From contig OZ287086.1 in assembly GCA_965645245.1 (NCBI GenBank), forward strand, positions 992,001 through 1,056,000: a stretch of 64,000 nt of DNA, given 5' to 3'. This DNA is from Massalongia carnosa. Taxonomy: Eukaryota. The notes below the pieces were generated by a model that was given only the letters and a program-made list of their open reading frames with translations, was not told where the DNA came from and made no database searches. Shown here piece after piece: positions 25,501 through 36,374 of this stretch (the first letter of the stretch is position 1; each line of letters opens with the position of its first letter). The position numbers and the translations under genes are program-made.

Positions 25501-27604
25501 TTCCTCTACCCTTTTGCTCTGCAGTTCTGATCCATAATCTGAACGTAGGCGTTCGACTGGTCTCTCCTTGTGTGACCTGGTTTTGCAGAGGTTGTAGAAG
25601 GTCTTGAGACATTTGAACCAATCGCTTTTCCGGGCACCAGTGTACACTTCGGTATATCGCGTGAAGTCATCCGTAAATGTGAAGAAGTATCTCTCCCCTC
25701 CAAAACCAACGGGGTTGATGGGACCTACTAGGTCTGTGTGTATAAACTGGTACGCCTCGCTTGCTCGTTTCTGAGGCTCGTGGCGGTTGTAGATTTTTGT
25801 GGCTTTCGCACGTTGGCAGCTGTCACACACGTACTTTTCTGAGTCGTCCACGTAGTCGATCTCCAGTTTGTGGAGATGTTGCTTCAGTGAGGGGAAGTTG
25901 AGGTGGCCGAGTCGTTTGTGCCAGGTGGTGAGAGGTAGTTTTGATGAGGTGGTGGTCCTGTAGGCGTGTGGTGGCCACTCGTACGTGTTGTCGTCGATCT
26001 GCTTTAGATGAGTTGCAGAGACAGAGAGGTTGAGAGGGTGAAGAAGGAAGCTGGTCCTCCACCTTTCGGCGTAAGCCAGGGTTTCCTTTGTTCTTCTATC
26101 ATAGAGTGTCTCGTTCTCATTATCATAGAAAATTCCATGAACGTTAAGAAGGCCGAGGCTGACAAGATTAGAAGGACTGTGGGGAAGGAAAAACACGTTG
26201 TTTAGGTTCAGGATCACTCCTTCGCGACTGTCTTTCAGGCTGAGGCGAAGGCGCACCTTTCCACGGCCTGGTGAAACCCCATCTGCAGTTGAGCCTCCGA
26301 TCCGGGTAGGCTTTTCGTGGTACTCAGTCAGCAAGCTTCGATCATTGCACACGTGCACGTCCGCCGCGCTGTCAAACCAGCCAGGAAGCGTCTCTCGGCC
26401 CTTTGACCGCTAGCACCTTTGGTTGTCAACTTTCGCGGGACGGGGTCTCGGAAGGGCTCTCTGTCTGGCTTTGGAGGTTTTGCCTAGAGCCTTTTGTTCT
26501 CATCTGGTGCAGCGAGTGTTTTGGCCGAAGTTCAAGGTATCTCAGGAAACAACGGTCTGTGTAGTGCTGTATATTTCCCTTCTTGATGCAATCTGGGTTT
26601 GTGCAGGTCCCCGGGGGTGCTCGATTACTAAGCTTTGGTGGTTTGGAGGTGAAGAGTGCCGATTGTTTGGGTGTGCCGGATTGTCCTAGAGTTTGGTCGT
26701 TCTCTTTCCTGATTTCTGCAAACCGGATAAGCTTTTTAGTGCTCTCGGCGATGTTTGTGTTCCCCATTTTCCACTCTGTCTCCATCATGGAGACGATCCC
26801 CGAGTATTCGTTTCCCATTCCAGTGAGCAGTCCTGCCTGCAGGAGTACCTCGGCTCCTTTTGCGGGGATCTCGGAATCAGTGGGAATGAGGCCGCACACA
26901 GTGTCGTAGGCCTCTTGGTATTTGCTGCAATATTCGTGAATGTCTGTGCAGTCCGATAGTCGTAATTTGGTGGTCTCCAGGATGAGTCGCGAGATGCTCA
27001 TTGGAGAGATGTGCTGAAATTTCGTTTGTAGGGTTTCCCACATTTCCTTGGCTTCTTTGCCCTCGATAGCTGCTTGGTGTTTGGAGGCTACCGAGTTTTT
27101 GATGATGCCCTCCGCTTTGCTCAGGGAGGCTCGGTGCTCTTTAATTTCGGTGGAGAGGGCAGTCCAGAGTGCTTGGGCCGTCATTTCGGTGGGTTTGAAG
27201 CCCATGGCTATGATGTCCGATCCGACGGACTCCTTCGTTGGCTCTGGCTTTCCGGTGACTGCCCAGGCGCAGTTCTTCTGCTTGAGCTCTCCCAGAATGT
27301 AGGATCGCCATAATGTATAGTTCTCGGAGCCTTGGAGAATGATGCGGGGAGCCTTATCCTGCTCTTCTCGTCGGTCTGACATTTTGTGGTTTTTTGGGCG
27401 AAGAGTTCTCAACGCCTTTGGGTTGTAGGAAGGTGGGTTGCCTTGTAGCTGTTGTGGTATGCGAGCGTCTTCGCTTCGTAACCTTTGGTATATGAGCAAG
27501 TTCTCCGCCTCGTAGCCTTCGGTATGTGAGCGTTCTGCTTCGTATGAGCGTCTTCGCCTCGTAGCCGTCTGGTATATGAGCGTCTTCGCTTCGTAACCTT
27601 TGGT
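22578..27604 (-). mobile_element. Ty1/Copia element, copy 1: 5' LTR lost, defective
   Basis: Near-identical to 41592-47180, with its 3' LTR at 22578-22740. Premature stops at ~24208 (CAG>TAG) and ~23797 (CGA>TGA) and a frameshift near 26375. It ends inside the 5'-leader repeats. Confidence 0.95.
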
Positions 27605-30221
27605 ACCCGTGCAGCTTAGGCGCACAGTTCCAGGGGGGGCGATGCAAAGGCAGCTTCCGACTCAGTCACGTCTAGGACGCGCTGGCTTAATGTGTCCGAG
27701 TCCCTCTCGGCCTCGACGAGTCGGAATCCCACAGGCTTGGAGTCAGCCGCGGTCTCGTCTGACTTCGGAGTGGCAGGCTTTTTGCCCTTTTTCTTCCCCC
27801 CCTTGGTCCTTCTCATTGCCGCCTGGATATCAGGATCCGACGCCCGTGCAGCATTCGGGGTGGTATCCATCCCTACGACAGCAATTGAGGATTCCGTGCG
27901 CGTCTCCGGTGGAGTATTGTTGAAGACGAAGGATTCCTTCGGCCCTTGACCGACTTCATCTGAAGAAACTAATGCGTAGGCTCTCGTTTGATATACCTCG
28001 CTTTCCCCCCCGACGACCCCCTGACCCAGCAGTGTGGCCTCGTCTTGACGATGCAAGCCTGGCCCTGCGTAGTCCGGGCGTCGCGAGGGTCCATCTGCCG
28101 GATTATTCCGACCAGGTCTGTACTCGAGCTGTAGGTCTAGACTGGATAGTCTTTCCCACCAACGCGCTTCGCGTCTAGATAGTGTTTTGGTTGTGAAAAA
28201 GGTGCGAAGGTTTCCATGATCGGTGAGCACTTTGACGGGGAAGTTTGCCCCTTCAAGCTAGTGTCTCCAATTTTTGCACGCTTCCACGATTGCTAACATT
28301 TCCTTCTCCCCGACCCCATAATTGATTTCTGCAGGGGTCATTTTCCGGGACCAGAAGGCGATCGGGTGCCATTGGCCCGTTTCTTCGACTAGTTGACTGA
28401 GGATTCCTGATAGGGCGAAATCTGACGCATCCGTCTCGAGCTTAATACGCCTTGCAGGATCGAAATGCAGCAACATTGGGGCGCTAGTGAACGCGATTTT
28501 TAACGCCTCAAAAGCCCCCTTTGCCTTGTCCGTCCACACGAACTTCCCCCGGAAACGGCCTTTGTCCCCACCTTTCAGCAAGGAAGTGCTTGGCGCCACT
28601 ATGCGCGAGAATCCTTTGATGAAGCGTCTATAGAAGTTGGCGAATCCAAGAAAGACTTGAACTTCTCGATGAGATTTCGGCTCCGGCCATTGCGTCACCG
28701 TAAAAATTCGTCCTGGGTCCATGGCGATGCCTTTTCGGGAGAGTATGTAGCCCAGGAAGTCCAGCTCGTACGCGTGGAAGATGCATTTCGATAACTTTGC
28801 GTGTAGTTTCCATTTCCGCAATTGATCCAGAACCCATCGAACGTGGCCCGAATGCTCCTCTTCCGTCTTGGAGAAGATGAGGATGTCGTCAAGATATACT
28901 ACTACGAACTGGTCGAGATTCTCTTTCAACACTTCGTGAATGAACGCTTGAAAGGAGGCGGGGGCATTGACCAGTCCGAAGGGCATGACTCTATACTCAA
29001 AATGGCCATATCTACATCTGAAGGCCGTCTTCCATTCGTCCCCGGCGGCGATTCGGAGGGTGTTGTATGCGTCCCTCAAATCCAACTTGGTGTAGATAGC
29101 CGACCCGCTGACGATGTCGAACAGCCCCTGGATCAGGGGTAGAGGGTACTTATTCTTAATCGTAGCAGCATTTAGGGCCCGATAATCGACACAGAGACGT
29201 AGACTACCATCTTTCTTCTTGGTGAATAGGATGGGCGCGCCTAGTCGTGAGGTGCTATGGGTAATATACCCTTTTGCCAGGTTGTCGTCGATGTAGTCTT
29301 TTAGGGTTTCTAGTTCGGTGAGGGAGAGGTTATACATGGCCCGGGTCGGGGGTGGTTCGCCTTCCAGATTGATTTTATGGTCGTGGGGCCCTCGTTCTGG
29401 TAGCACTGAAGCTTTTTCATTGGAGCAGACGTCACTGTAGGATTGATACAGAGGCAGAAGTTTATTGCTAGACGTAGAGATGGCACCAACTATTGACTCC
29501 GACTCCGGGCTCCCACCGAGCACTTCCCGAATGTCTATTAGGAATGCGTCGACGCCCTCGCATTCGCAGATGTCAAAGATCTCCTGCTCACTCACCATTG
29601 CCACTACTGGGAGATTGCTACTTCGATGAGGGGTTTCCTCATCGCCTACAGTGACCCCGGGACGTTCCCCTGGCAGGTCATCTCGTACTTCACCCTCGAT
29701 GAGGTGGCTTTCATGGATTATCCTCCTTTCGCGCTAGCCGATGGATGGATTGGCATGACCCAACCAGGGCAAGCCCAGGATCATGTCCACCCCATACATG
29801 TCTGACGCGACGAATGCCTGCTCGGCCACTCGCTCAAGACCATTGTCATCAACAACCCCGACGCGCAGGGCATGATCAAAATAAGTCTGGAAGGGGGTTC
29901 ATCGAGAGTTTTCAACCCAGATTGTGGAGGGGAGCCGGGAGGATCTCGAACACCTACCTCATTTAGCCAGGTTTGAGCGATAAGGTTCCAAGTTGCTCCG
30001 CAGTCGATCATTGCTCGGACACGATGCTGACTGTTGTCGTAATATAGGAAAACCGTTGAGAAGAGGTGGCGGCATGGGGATTTCCTCATTTGCCGGGCCA
30101 ATACGACGGAGGCAACGTCTATTGGCCCCGACCTTTTCCCGGCCGGCGGGATGATCCCCGCGGCGACGGCCGGGACCGACCTTCGAATTGAAGGTGCCCC
30201 ATTTTCCCGCAGTTCCAGCAA
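27605..30221 (-). pseudogene. pol: Gypsy protease, RT and RNase H (5' part of pol)
   Basis: AMIDCGAT, LCVDYRALN, MPFGLVNAPA, YLDD, ETDASD and NNPADGPSR motifs, with stops and frameshifts. Confidence 0.92.
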
Positions 30222-31223
30222 TCCTTATCCGACCGATTTCCTTTTGGTCTCGTAGGGGGCGGGGCTTCTTGAGCTTGCTGATCTTCCTGATCATCCAGCT
30301 TTCTTTTGTTTGATTGGTGGTTCGGATTAATCACGGGTGCCTGTGGAGCGTCAGCGGGTCCATCTTCTTCAGGTTTGGGAATTGAGGAAGATTGATTGTT
30401 TCGATTTTGATTCCGGCTTTTATTGAAAGTCTTCTTCCATCCATCGGGTTTTGGCTCAACCCTTTCCGCAATCCTCACCGCCTCGACCAGTTCCGCCCTG
30501 GTCGTCCCCTGACTACCCGCCCGGATCACAGCCGTCTTCAAGTAGTCGTGCACGCTGTGTAGGAGGTTGGAATGCTTCTGCATTTCCGTGGGGGGGTTCG
30601 GGGAGTTGAGCTTCTAGGCTTTCCAGATATGTGACAAAAGCGGACACGGTCTGCCCCTGGAATTGGCGCAATTTCTTCAGTTGTCCCCCCAGATCCATCA
30701 AGCGTAGATGCTTCGGTTTGAGCTTTTCCTGGAGGAAGTCAGCAAATATTTTCCAGGTGAGCTCACCTTCCGCCGCCTTCGTCGTCGCTTCCTTCTCACG
30801 GTGCCAATCGTCTGCAGGGGCTCCGGATAGATAGTACTCGGCGTAGAGGACCTGTGCCGAGGGCGATTCGTATGTGACTGGCTTCTGCAGAAAAGTTCTC
30901 TTGCAGTCACGTAGGAATGTGTCAAACGCCCGCTGATTGTCGCCGGCGTAGGTCGTCGGGTCTACGGAACGAAGAGACCTTTCCAGGGCCAGCGGGTCGA
31001 CGGGTTTGGTTCGATCCGTGAGAGTGGGGAAGCCGGCGGCCTTTTCCTTCTTCAGGTCCTCCAGCGTTTTAGCTAGGTGCGCCTGCTTCCGTTCAGCCTC
31101 AATGGCCTCAACTTCTCGCTGCATGTCTGCCATGGTGGCGGAAATTAGGGTCTCGTCCGGGTTAGGTGTCGGGTTCGCCCCGGAAGCGGTGGACGAAGAC
31201 ATTTGCGATCTAGTTAATACCAT
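30119..31223 (-). pseudogene. gag: Gypsy gag with a frameshift in a G run near 30590
   Basis: Retrotransposon gag-like YLSGAPADDW and LRQFQGQTVSAF; degenerate knuckle CWNCGKMGH. Confidence 0.85.
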
Positions 31224-31289
31224 AGGTTGAAATGTCGAGGTAATGAGGAATGACCAACGGGCTCCCCTAGAAGGTTGGATAGATCAAAG

Positions 31290-31666
31290 TGTAAGACGTA
31301 TGCTTCTACTCAGAGGGCGTGTTGGTCACGTGAAGGGGGTGTCTCAATAATGTATGTTATTGATCTATGCCCTTAGAATTAGGTGGGCATCGACCTCTTT
31401 ATCCTACAGACGTGTCTCCCTCTAAGACTCCCTTATCGGATAGCCCCCAGCTATCTGATTGGTCCAAATGGCTCCCGGCCCCTTTGGGCGGTTAGTGCCA
31501 TCCGACATGGGTTTCCAGCCGTCACCCTCGCCAGCCGTCCCCCTGAGACGGCATGTGGCCGACAGCGGAATCAGCCCATTAGGGTCGGGCCGGGTTCGGC
31601 GGCCGAGTCCATGCTGATGCCCCTTTTCCGTATCCTTCTCCGTAGTCTCTATGGCAGGTCCTGACA
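31290..31666 (-). repeat. Gypsy 5' LTR
   Basis: Direct repeat of 19963-20339. Confidence 0.95.
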
Positions 31667-31854
31667 TTCGACCCGTTGCGCGGCGTAGGTTTCTCTACTG
31701 AAAACCCAACGCGTTTATAGCGAATCCTATGATTTTTGATTTTCGGATTGAGTTTTGAAGAAAAACCCGATGGCGAAAAAGCAAATTTTGTGACGAAAAC
31801 CCAACCCGTTGCGCGGCGTAAAAAGCAGTCTTCTTTTAATTGATCGTTTTTTAT

Positions 31855-32090
31855 TGTCGAATGTTCAACTTCTACCAGCATTGCCTAGCCGATAGATTAG
31901 ATAAGATCAGATTTAATCTAATCGCATAGAGGCTCGGATAAACTATTATCATCTCGCTTAGCAGAGGTGACTAACATAAAAGGAACAGATTGCTCTGCGC
32001 TCCGTAGCAACTCTGCATCCTTAACATTATGGTCATACAGGCCCCTATCTTCACATAGTCATAGAGCCATAGTCATAGACCTATTCAACA
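31855..32090. mobile_element. Solo LTR (236 bp)
   Basis: TGTCGAAT...ATTCAACA termini with 5-bp TSD TTTAT. Confidence 0.7.
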
Positions 32091-32225
32091 TTTATCAAGC
32101 TAAGTGATAATAATTTATTCGAGTTTAAAGTGTTTAAGACATCGTTAAAGATATTAAGTAATCGATAGGTTTATATCAAATGTGGTTCAATTTATACTTT
32201 TGTGTTGATAGAAGTTGAACATTTA

Positions 32226-32377
32226 TACGCCGCGTCATGGGTCGGGTTTCTCTACTGAAAGCTCAACTCGTTTGTACCAAATCTTAAGATTTTTGACGTT
32301 CGGGTTGAGTTTTGAAAGAAAAACCCGATAACAAAAAAGCAATTTTGTGATAAAAATCCAACTCATTGCGCGACGTA
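32226..32377. mobile_element. MITE copy with many C>T/G>A changes
   Basis: Colinear with 32883-33034. Confidence 0.8.
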
Positions 32378-32609
32378 ACAATTCAACATTCAATTTCAAA
32401 TTTAAACAATACTTGTTCTTCAGATACGACTTGTAAATAATTGAATCTGTTGTATAATGATTATTGAATTCAATAATCGAATTCATATGTAATTGTTTTA
32501 TAAAAGAAAAAAACTTGACGTGAATAAACGACTTTGTCAATTCTTTCGTTATTATGTATTCAACTAAAACATATCTAATATTTATTCGACTTTTTGTTAC
32601 TTCATTTCG

Positions 32610-32859
32610 TGTCACGATTCAACACGGCACGACCTCGGCACTCGGCACTGCCTAGGGCAATCGTAGATGGAACACGCAGGCACTTTCGATTTCGTTCCCG
32701 CAGCTATTAGAAGGTTCCATGACGACTATACCACATGGGTACTAGCGCAGTAGTGGATATATAGGGGCAGGTTCTGGTTGTCGATTGGCTTTTCTCTCTT
32801 CATCTTTATGATATTCGTTTCTAGTATCCCTATGACTTGTCTCTAGGTAGATTATAACA
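32610..32859. mobile_element. Solo LTR (250 bp)
   Basis: TGTCAC...TAACA termini with 5-bp TSD TTTCG. Confidence 0.7.
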
Positions 32860-32882
32860 TTTCGAATGAAGTGATGTTGAAT

Positions 32883-33034
32883 TACGCCGCGCAACGGGTC
32901 GGGTTTCTCTACTGAAAACCCAACCCGTTTGTGGCGAACCCTATGATTTTTGGTTTCCGGGTTGAGTTTTGAAAGAAAAATCCGGTGGCGAAAAAGCAAT
33001 ATTTTGGCGAAAACCCAACCCGTTGCGCGGCGTA
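32883..33034. mobile_element. MITE (152 bp)
   Basis: TIRs TACGCCGCGCAACGGGT / ACCCGTTGCGCGGCGTA; non-coding and multicopy in the window. Confidence 0.85.
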
Positions 33035-33617
33035 TTTACATTAGCATTTTATTGAATCTTTAACAAAATTCTTCGTCAAATACAGCGTAATACTCTGTAT
33101 GTACAAGATACCAACTCAGCTGTCTGCAAAGACAACAGTCAATCAAACAATACATCCAACGATTTGCTCCGCTCTGCTCCCACTCTGACTCATCGACGGC
33201 TCTTCGTCGCTACGTTTTCGTAAAATACCTCATCGCCAACGGATCATCACTCACTGAATACCTCCCCTAAAACCTATTAGACTAAACTCCAACCTAGCTG
33301 CTTACGCATCTGCTAACGTAACCTGGAGCCAGTGATAAAAAGTGGAGTAGATAGGTGAGATGTAGCAGATGATGCAGTGTTAAGCAGTTGCAGATTGAAT
33401 ATATATTGAGATAGCTGACTAGTGAAGGTGATGGTGCAGCAGGACCTGTACGTACTGTAATTAGTAGAGAGATATGTAAATGGCAAAAGCCGCGTATGTA
33501 AAAATCTCCGTTAAACCAAAAAGTTCCCTTTCTCTTAAACAAAACAATATCCCCGAAACCAGAGCTCCTCCCCTCCCCTCCCCTGCCCCAACGAAACCCC
33601 TCGCTATCTTTCCCCAC

Positions 33618-33788
33618 TGTAACGGTTCGACCAAGCGTGGTGCGGACGGCAGGACCTACAGCGAACATAGCAGGAGTCCCAGTTATAGTAGAATAGAGCT
33701 TAGTCTGCGGACTAAGTATTGTGCCTTTTGGTCGGGAAGGACAGGTAGCGTAATGGTAGAGATCTATTCACTATCTCGCTTCGTCACA
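33618..33788 (+). mobile_element. Solo LTR, 171-bp family, copy A
   Basis: TGTAAC...GTCACA termini with TSD CCCAC. Confidence 0.88.
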
Positions 33789-35278
33789 CCCACAACCAAC
33801 TCCTTTTCTTTTTGAGGGCGCTCTCGGCCAGGTAGATAGATGAATGAGTGGGTAGGTGGGTTGGAAATCTTTGCGGTCATATGTAAACTGGCTGATAAAA
33901 AAAAGCGGCTTGATTTCAACGAGTTCTGAACCGTCGAAGAAATCCTATCAGCCTCTCTTTATCACTCGTTGCATTTTGCACCTTCTTTACCGTTCTGGTT
34001 TTTCTTTTCTGCTTCTTCGTTGGCTTCTTCTATTTTTGCCGTCTTCTCAAGCTACTTTGCTTCTTCTTTCATCCTGTCTTTCTCCTGCAGTTTCCCATTC
34101 CTTTCGATTCCGTTCTTTCCTCCCCGTTCTCCTCTAGCTTATCGTCTTGATTAGGTCCATCTACTTTTCATCTATCCTCCTTGAATTCAATTCTCCTTAA
34201 TCTATTTATTATCTTCCAGTACTCCCCCAACTCATCTCCCGTATTGTTGTCTTTTTGTCTCTGTAGATCATTCATCGACTCCCACTTAGCTTCCAACCTA
34301 GACAGCAGCTCAGCAAAGCTAAGCGGGAGAACCTTCATCACTATTGTATCCTAGCTTATATTTGAGAGAAATAACAAACGCATAGGCTCATTATAGTCAG
34401 GTCCAATTAGAAGAATTATCTTATAACATTGAAAAGAACGCGGAATGGTGGAGAGGAAAATTGAATCGAGTTTAAAACCGTGATATTTTAACGCTCCTGG
34501 TCGGCTACTATACTTGCATGATCGAATATTTACCGTATTATCAGTAGATTCAGTCGTGAACGCTGCCCTCTTGAAAATCGTCATGCTGTCTTTATCTGAA
34601 ATACGTAAAAGCGAAGATTTTGTTTCAATAGACTCTAGAATTTGCGTATATTTAGACCCTAGAGCATAAATAGAAGTGCCGCAAGCAGAAAAAATCAATT
34701 TTTCAAATTGTTTATAACGTAATTCACCGCTATTCGGAATACCCGCTTATTCGGAACTAATAAATTTGATACCAACCTTCGTAATTTATTATCACCGCCG
34801 CATCTACAAAACTTCCAGCACATGTAATCGGGAATTGATGAACAGGTTCTAGAGAATATATATAGCTAGCATAAGCTTGTAAAGCTACAATTTACGAGTG
34901 TTACGAATGACACGACCGCGCGAGCTAACCCGAACCTCTAAAACTTCCTCCTTCTCCCCCTTTCCTACTATTTCCATATCACACTGTATCAACACAGTGA
35001 TATTTTTCTTTCTTGATATACATTTTCCTTTATTCAGAGCAGTTTTTTTAAACCTTAGGTCACCCTTAACTGTCTCCTTAAAAATATGAGGTGTAATCTG
35101 AAGAAGATCGTGAAAAGCGTTTTGAAAGATAGAATCGTCTCGTTTCTTATTTTTAGATAAAGATCGAGATGTTACGAGATCAGGCCCGTATATCAGGTCG
35201 GGTCCAAGTCGCATTAGGTCTTTAGATATATAGTCGATCGTTCTGTTTTTCTTTCCTTACCTGTAATCTAGCCTCTTT

Positions 35279-35449
35279 TGTGACGAAGCGAGATAGTGAA
35301 TAGATTTCTACCATTGCGCCACCTGTCCTTCCCGACCAAAAGGCACAATACTTAGTCCGCAGACTAAGCTCTATTCTACTATAACTGGGACTCCTGCTAT
35401 GATCGCTGTAGGTCCTGCCGTCCGCACCACGCTTGGTCGAACCGTTACA
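35279..35449 (-). mobile_element. Solo LTR, 171-bp family, copy B (inverted)
   Basis: Reverse complement of copy A, with TSD TCTTT. Confidence 0.88.
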
Positions 35450-35525
35450 TCTTTCTCCTTTTTCTTATTTTCAGTTAATTGTCTTCTTTTCTCCAATTCT
35501 TCTAAACTCAATAAGCAAGCCCCTT

Positions 35526-35696
35526 TGTAACGGTTCGACCATGCGTAGTGCGGACGGCAGGACCTACGGCGAACATAGCAGGAGTCCCAGCTATGGTAGA
35601 ATAGAGCTTGGTCTGCGGACTAAGTATTGTGCCTTTTGGTCGTGAAGGACAGGTGGCGCAATGGTAGAAATCTATTCACTATCTCGCTTCGTCACA
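35526..35696 (+). mobile_element. Solo LTR, 171-bp family, copy C
   Basis: Same family as copy A, with TSD CCCTT. Confidence 0.88.
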
Positions 35697-36374
35697 CCCT
35701 TGATCATCGTATTGAGTGCCCTTACGTTGAGCTCGTTGTTTTTTTCGTGCATTGACTGCTAAAAGCTTCGTATTAGTACGATTCAAGACAATACGATCAG
35801 TCATAGCAAGTCTAGCTGCTTTAAGGGTTTTTAGTAGGAGAGTAAGCTTAGGGGAATCGAGAGTCTGATGGCGAAATAGTAATATAAGCTCCTCAAACTC
35901 TGAGACTTGTTCAATGTTTCTAGGTGTTGGAGGTATTTGGCCTGAAAGATAACGCGTTTGAATATTAGTACTAGCGTCAGGTAGAGTGTTATCGTTCGTA
36001 TGAGGCTTAGATGATATTTTGTCAAAGACAGCGGAAGGATTGAATAAGTTCAGTAGCTGGTCATGCTAAACGTATATTTCGTGCAGTAATTCGTCTTTCA
36101 AGGTAGTACGCAATCCCGATTTTGTGATTCGGGAAGAAGCCATTTCAGCTATGTAATTATCGATAATCAGCTATTATAATAATTATAATACCGTTTGCTT
36201 TATTAAATCAGTTTTAGGGTTTTCTTCAATAAGTTGTAGAAGAGATAATTGTTGAAAGTAAGTTTCGTGGTTTTGTTAGTTCCGAATAAGCGGGTTTTCC
36301 GAATACAGGTGAATTACGTTACAAAGTTGTTCATGGATTCAAGGGGTTTTCAATGACTGGGCGTTTCATGGTAT

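Larger units (their letters stand above)
19963..31666 (-). mobile_element. Ty3/Gypsy chromovirus LTR retrotransposon, interrupted by a Copia
   Basis: 377-bp TG...CA LTRs (about 6 differences by eye), 5-bp TSD TTCGA, polypurine tract next to the 3' LTR, and gag-PR-RT-RH-INT-chromodomain order. Confidence 0.95.
19918..31687. mobile_element. ~60-bp mini-MITE of the same family, nested in the MITE and split by the Gypsy element
   Basis: TACGCCGCGCAACGGG...CCCGTTGCGCGGCGTA flanked by an 8-bp near-duplication GATTTCTC/GGTTTCTC. Confidence 0.65.
19891..31820. mobile_element. ~150-bp MITE (TACGCCGCGCAACGGG TIR family) split by nested insertions
   Basis: The left part 19891-19917 and right part 31688-31820 rejoin into a copy of the MITE at 32883-33034. 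Confidence 0.7.
34717..36319 (-). mobile_element. Fot1/pogo-like DNA transposon relic containing two solo LTRs
   Basis: ~45-bp TIRs ACGTAATTCACC...TATTCGGAACTAA with TA TSDs; decayed internal ORF ending ...SSRGRVIRNTRKL. Confidence 0.75.
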
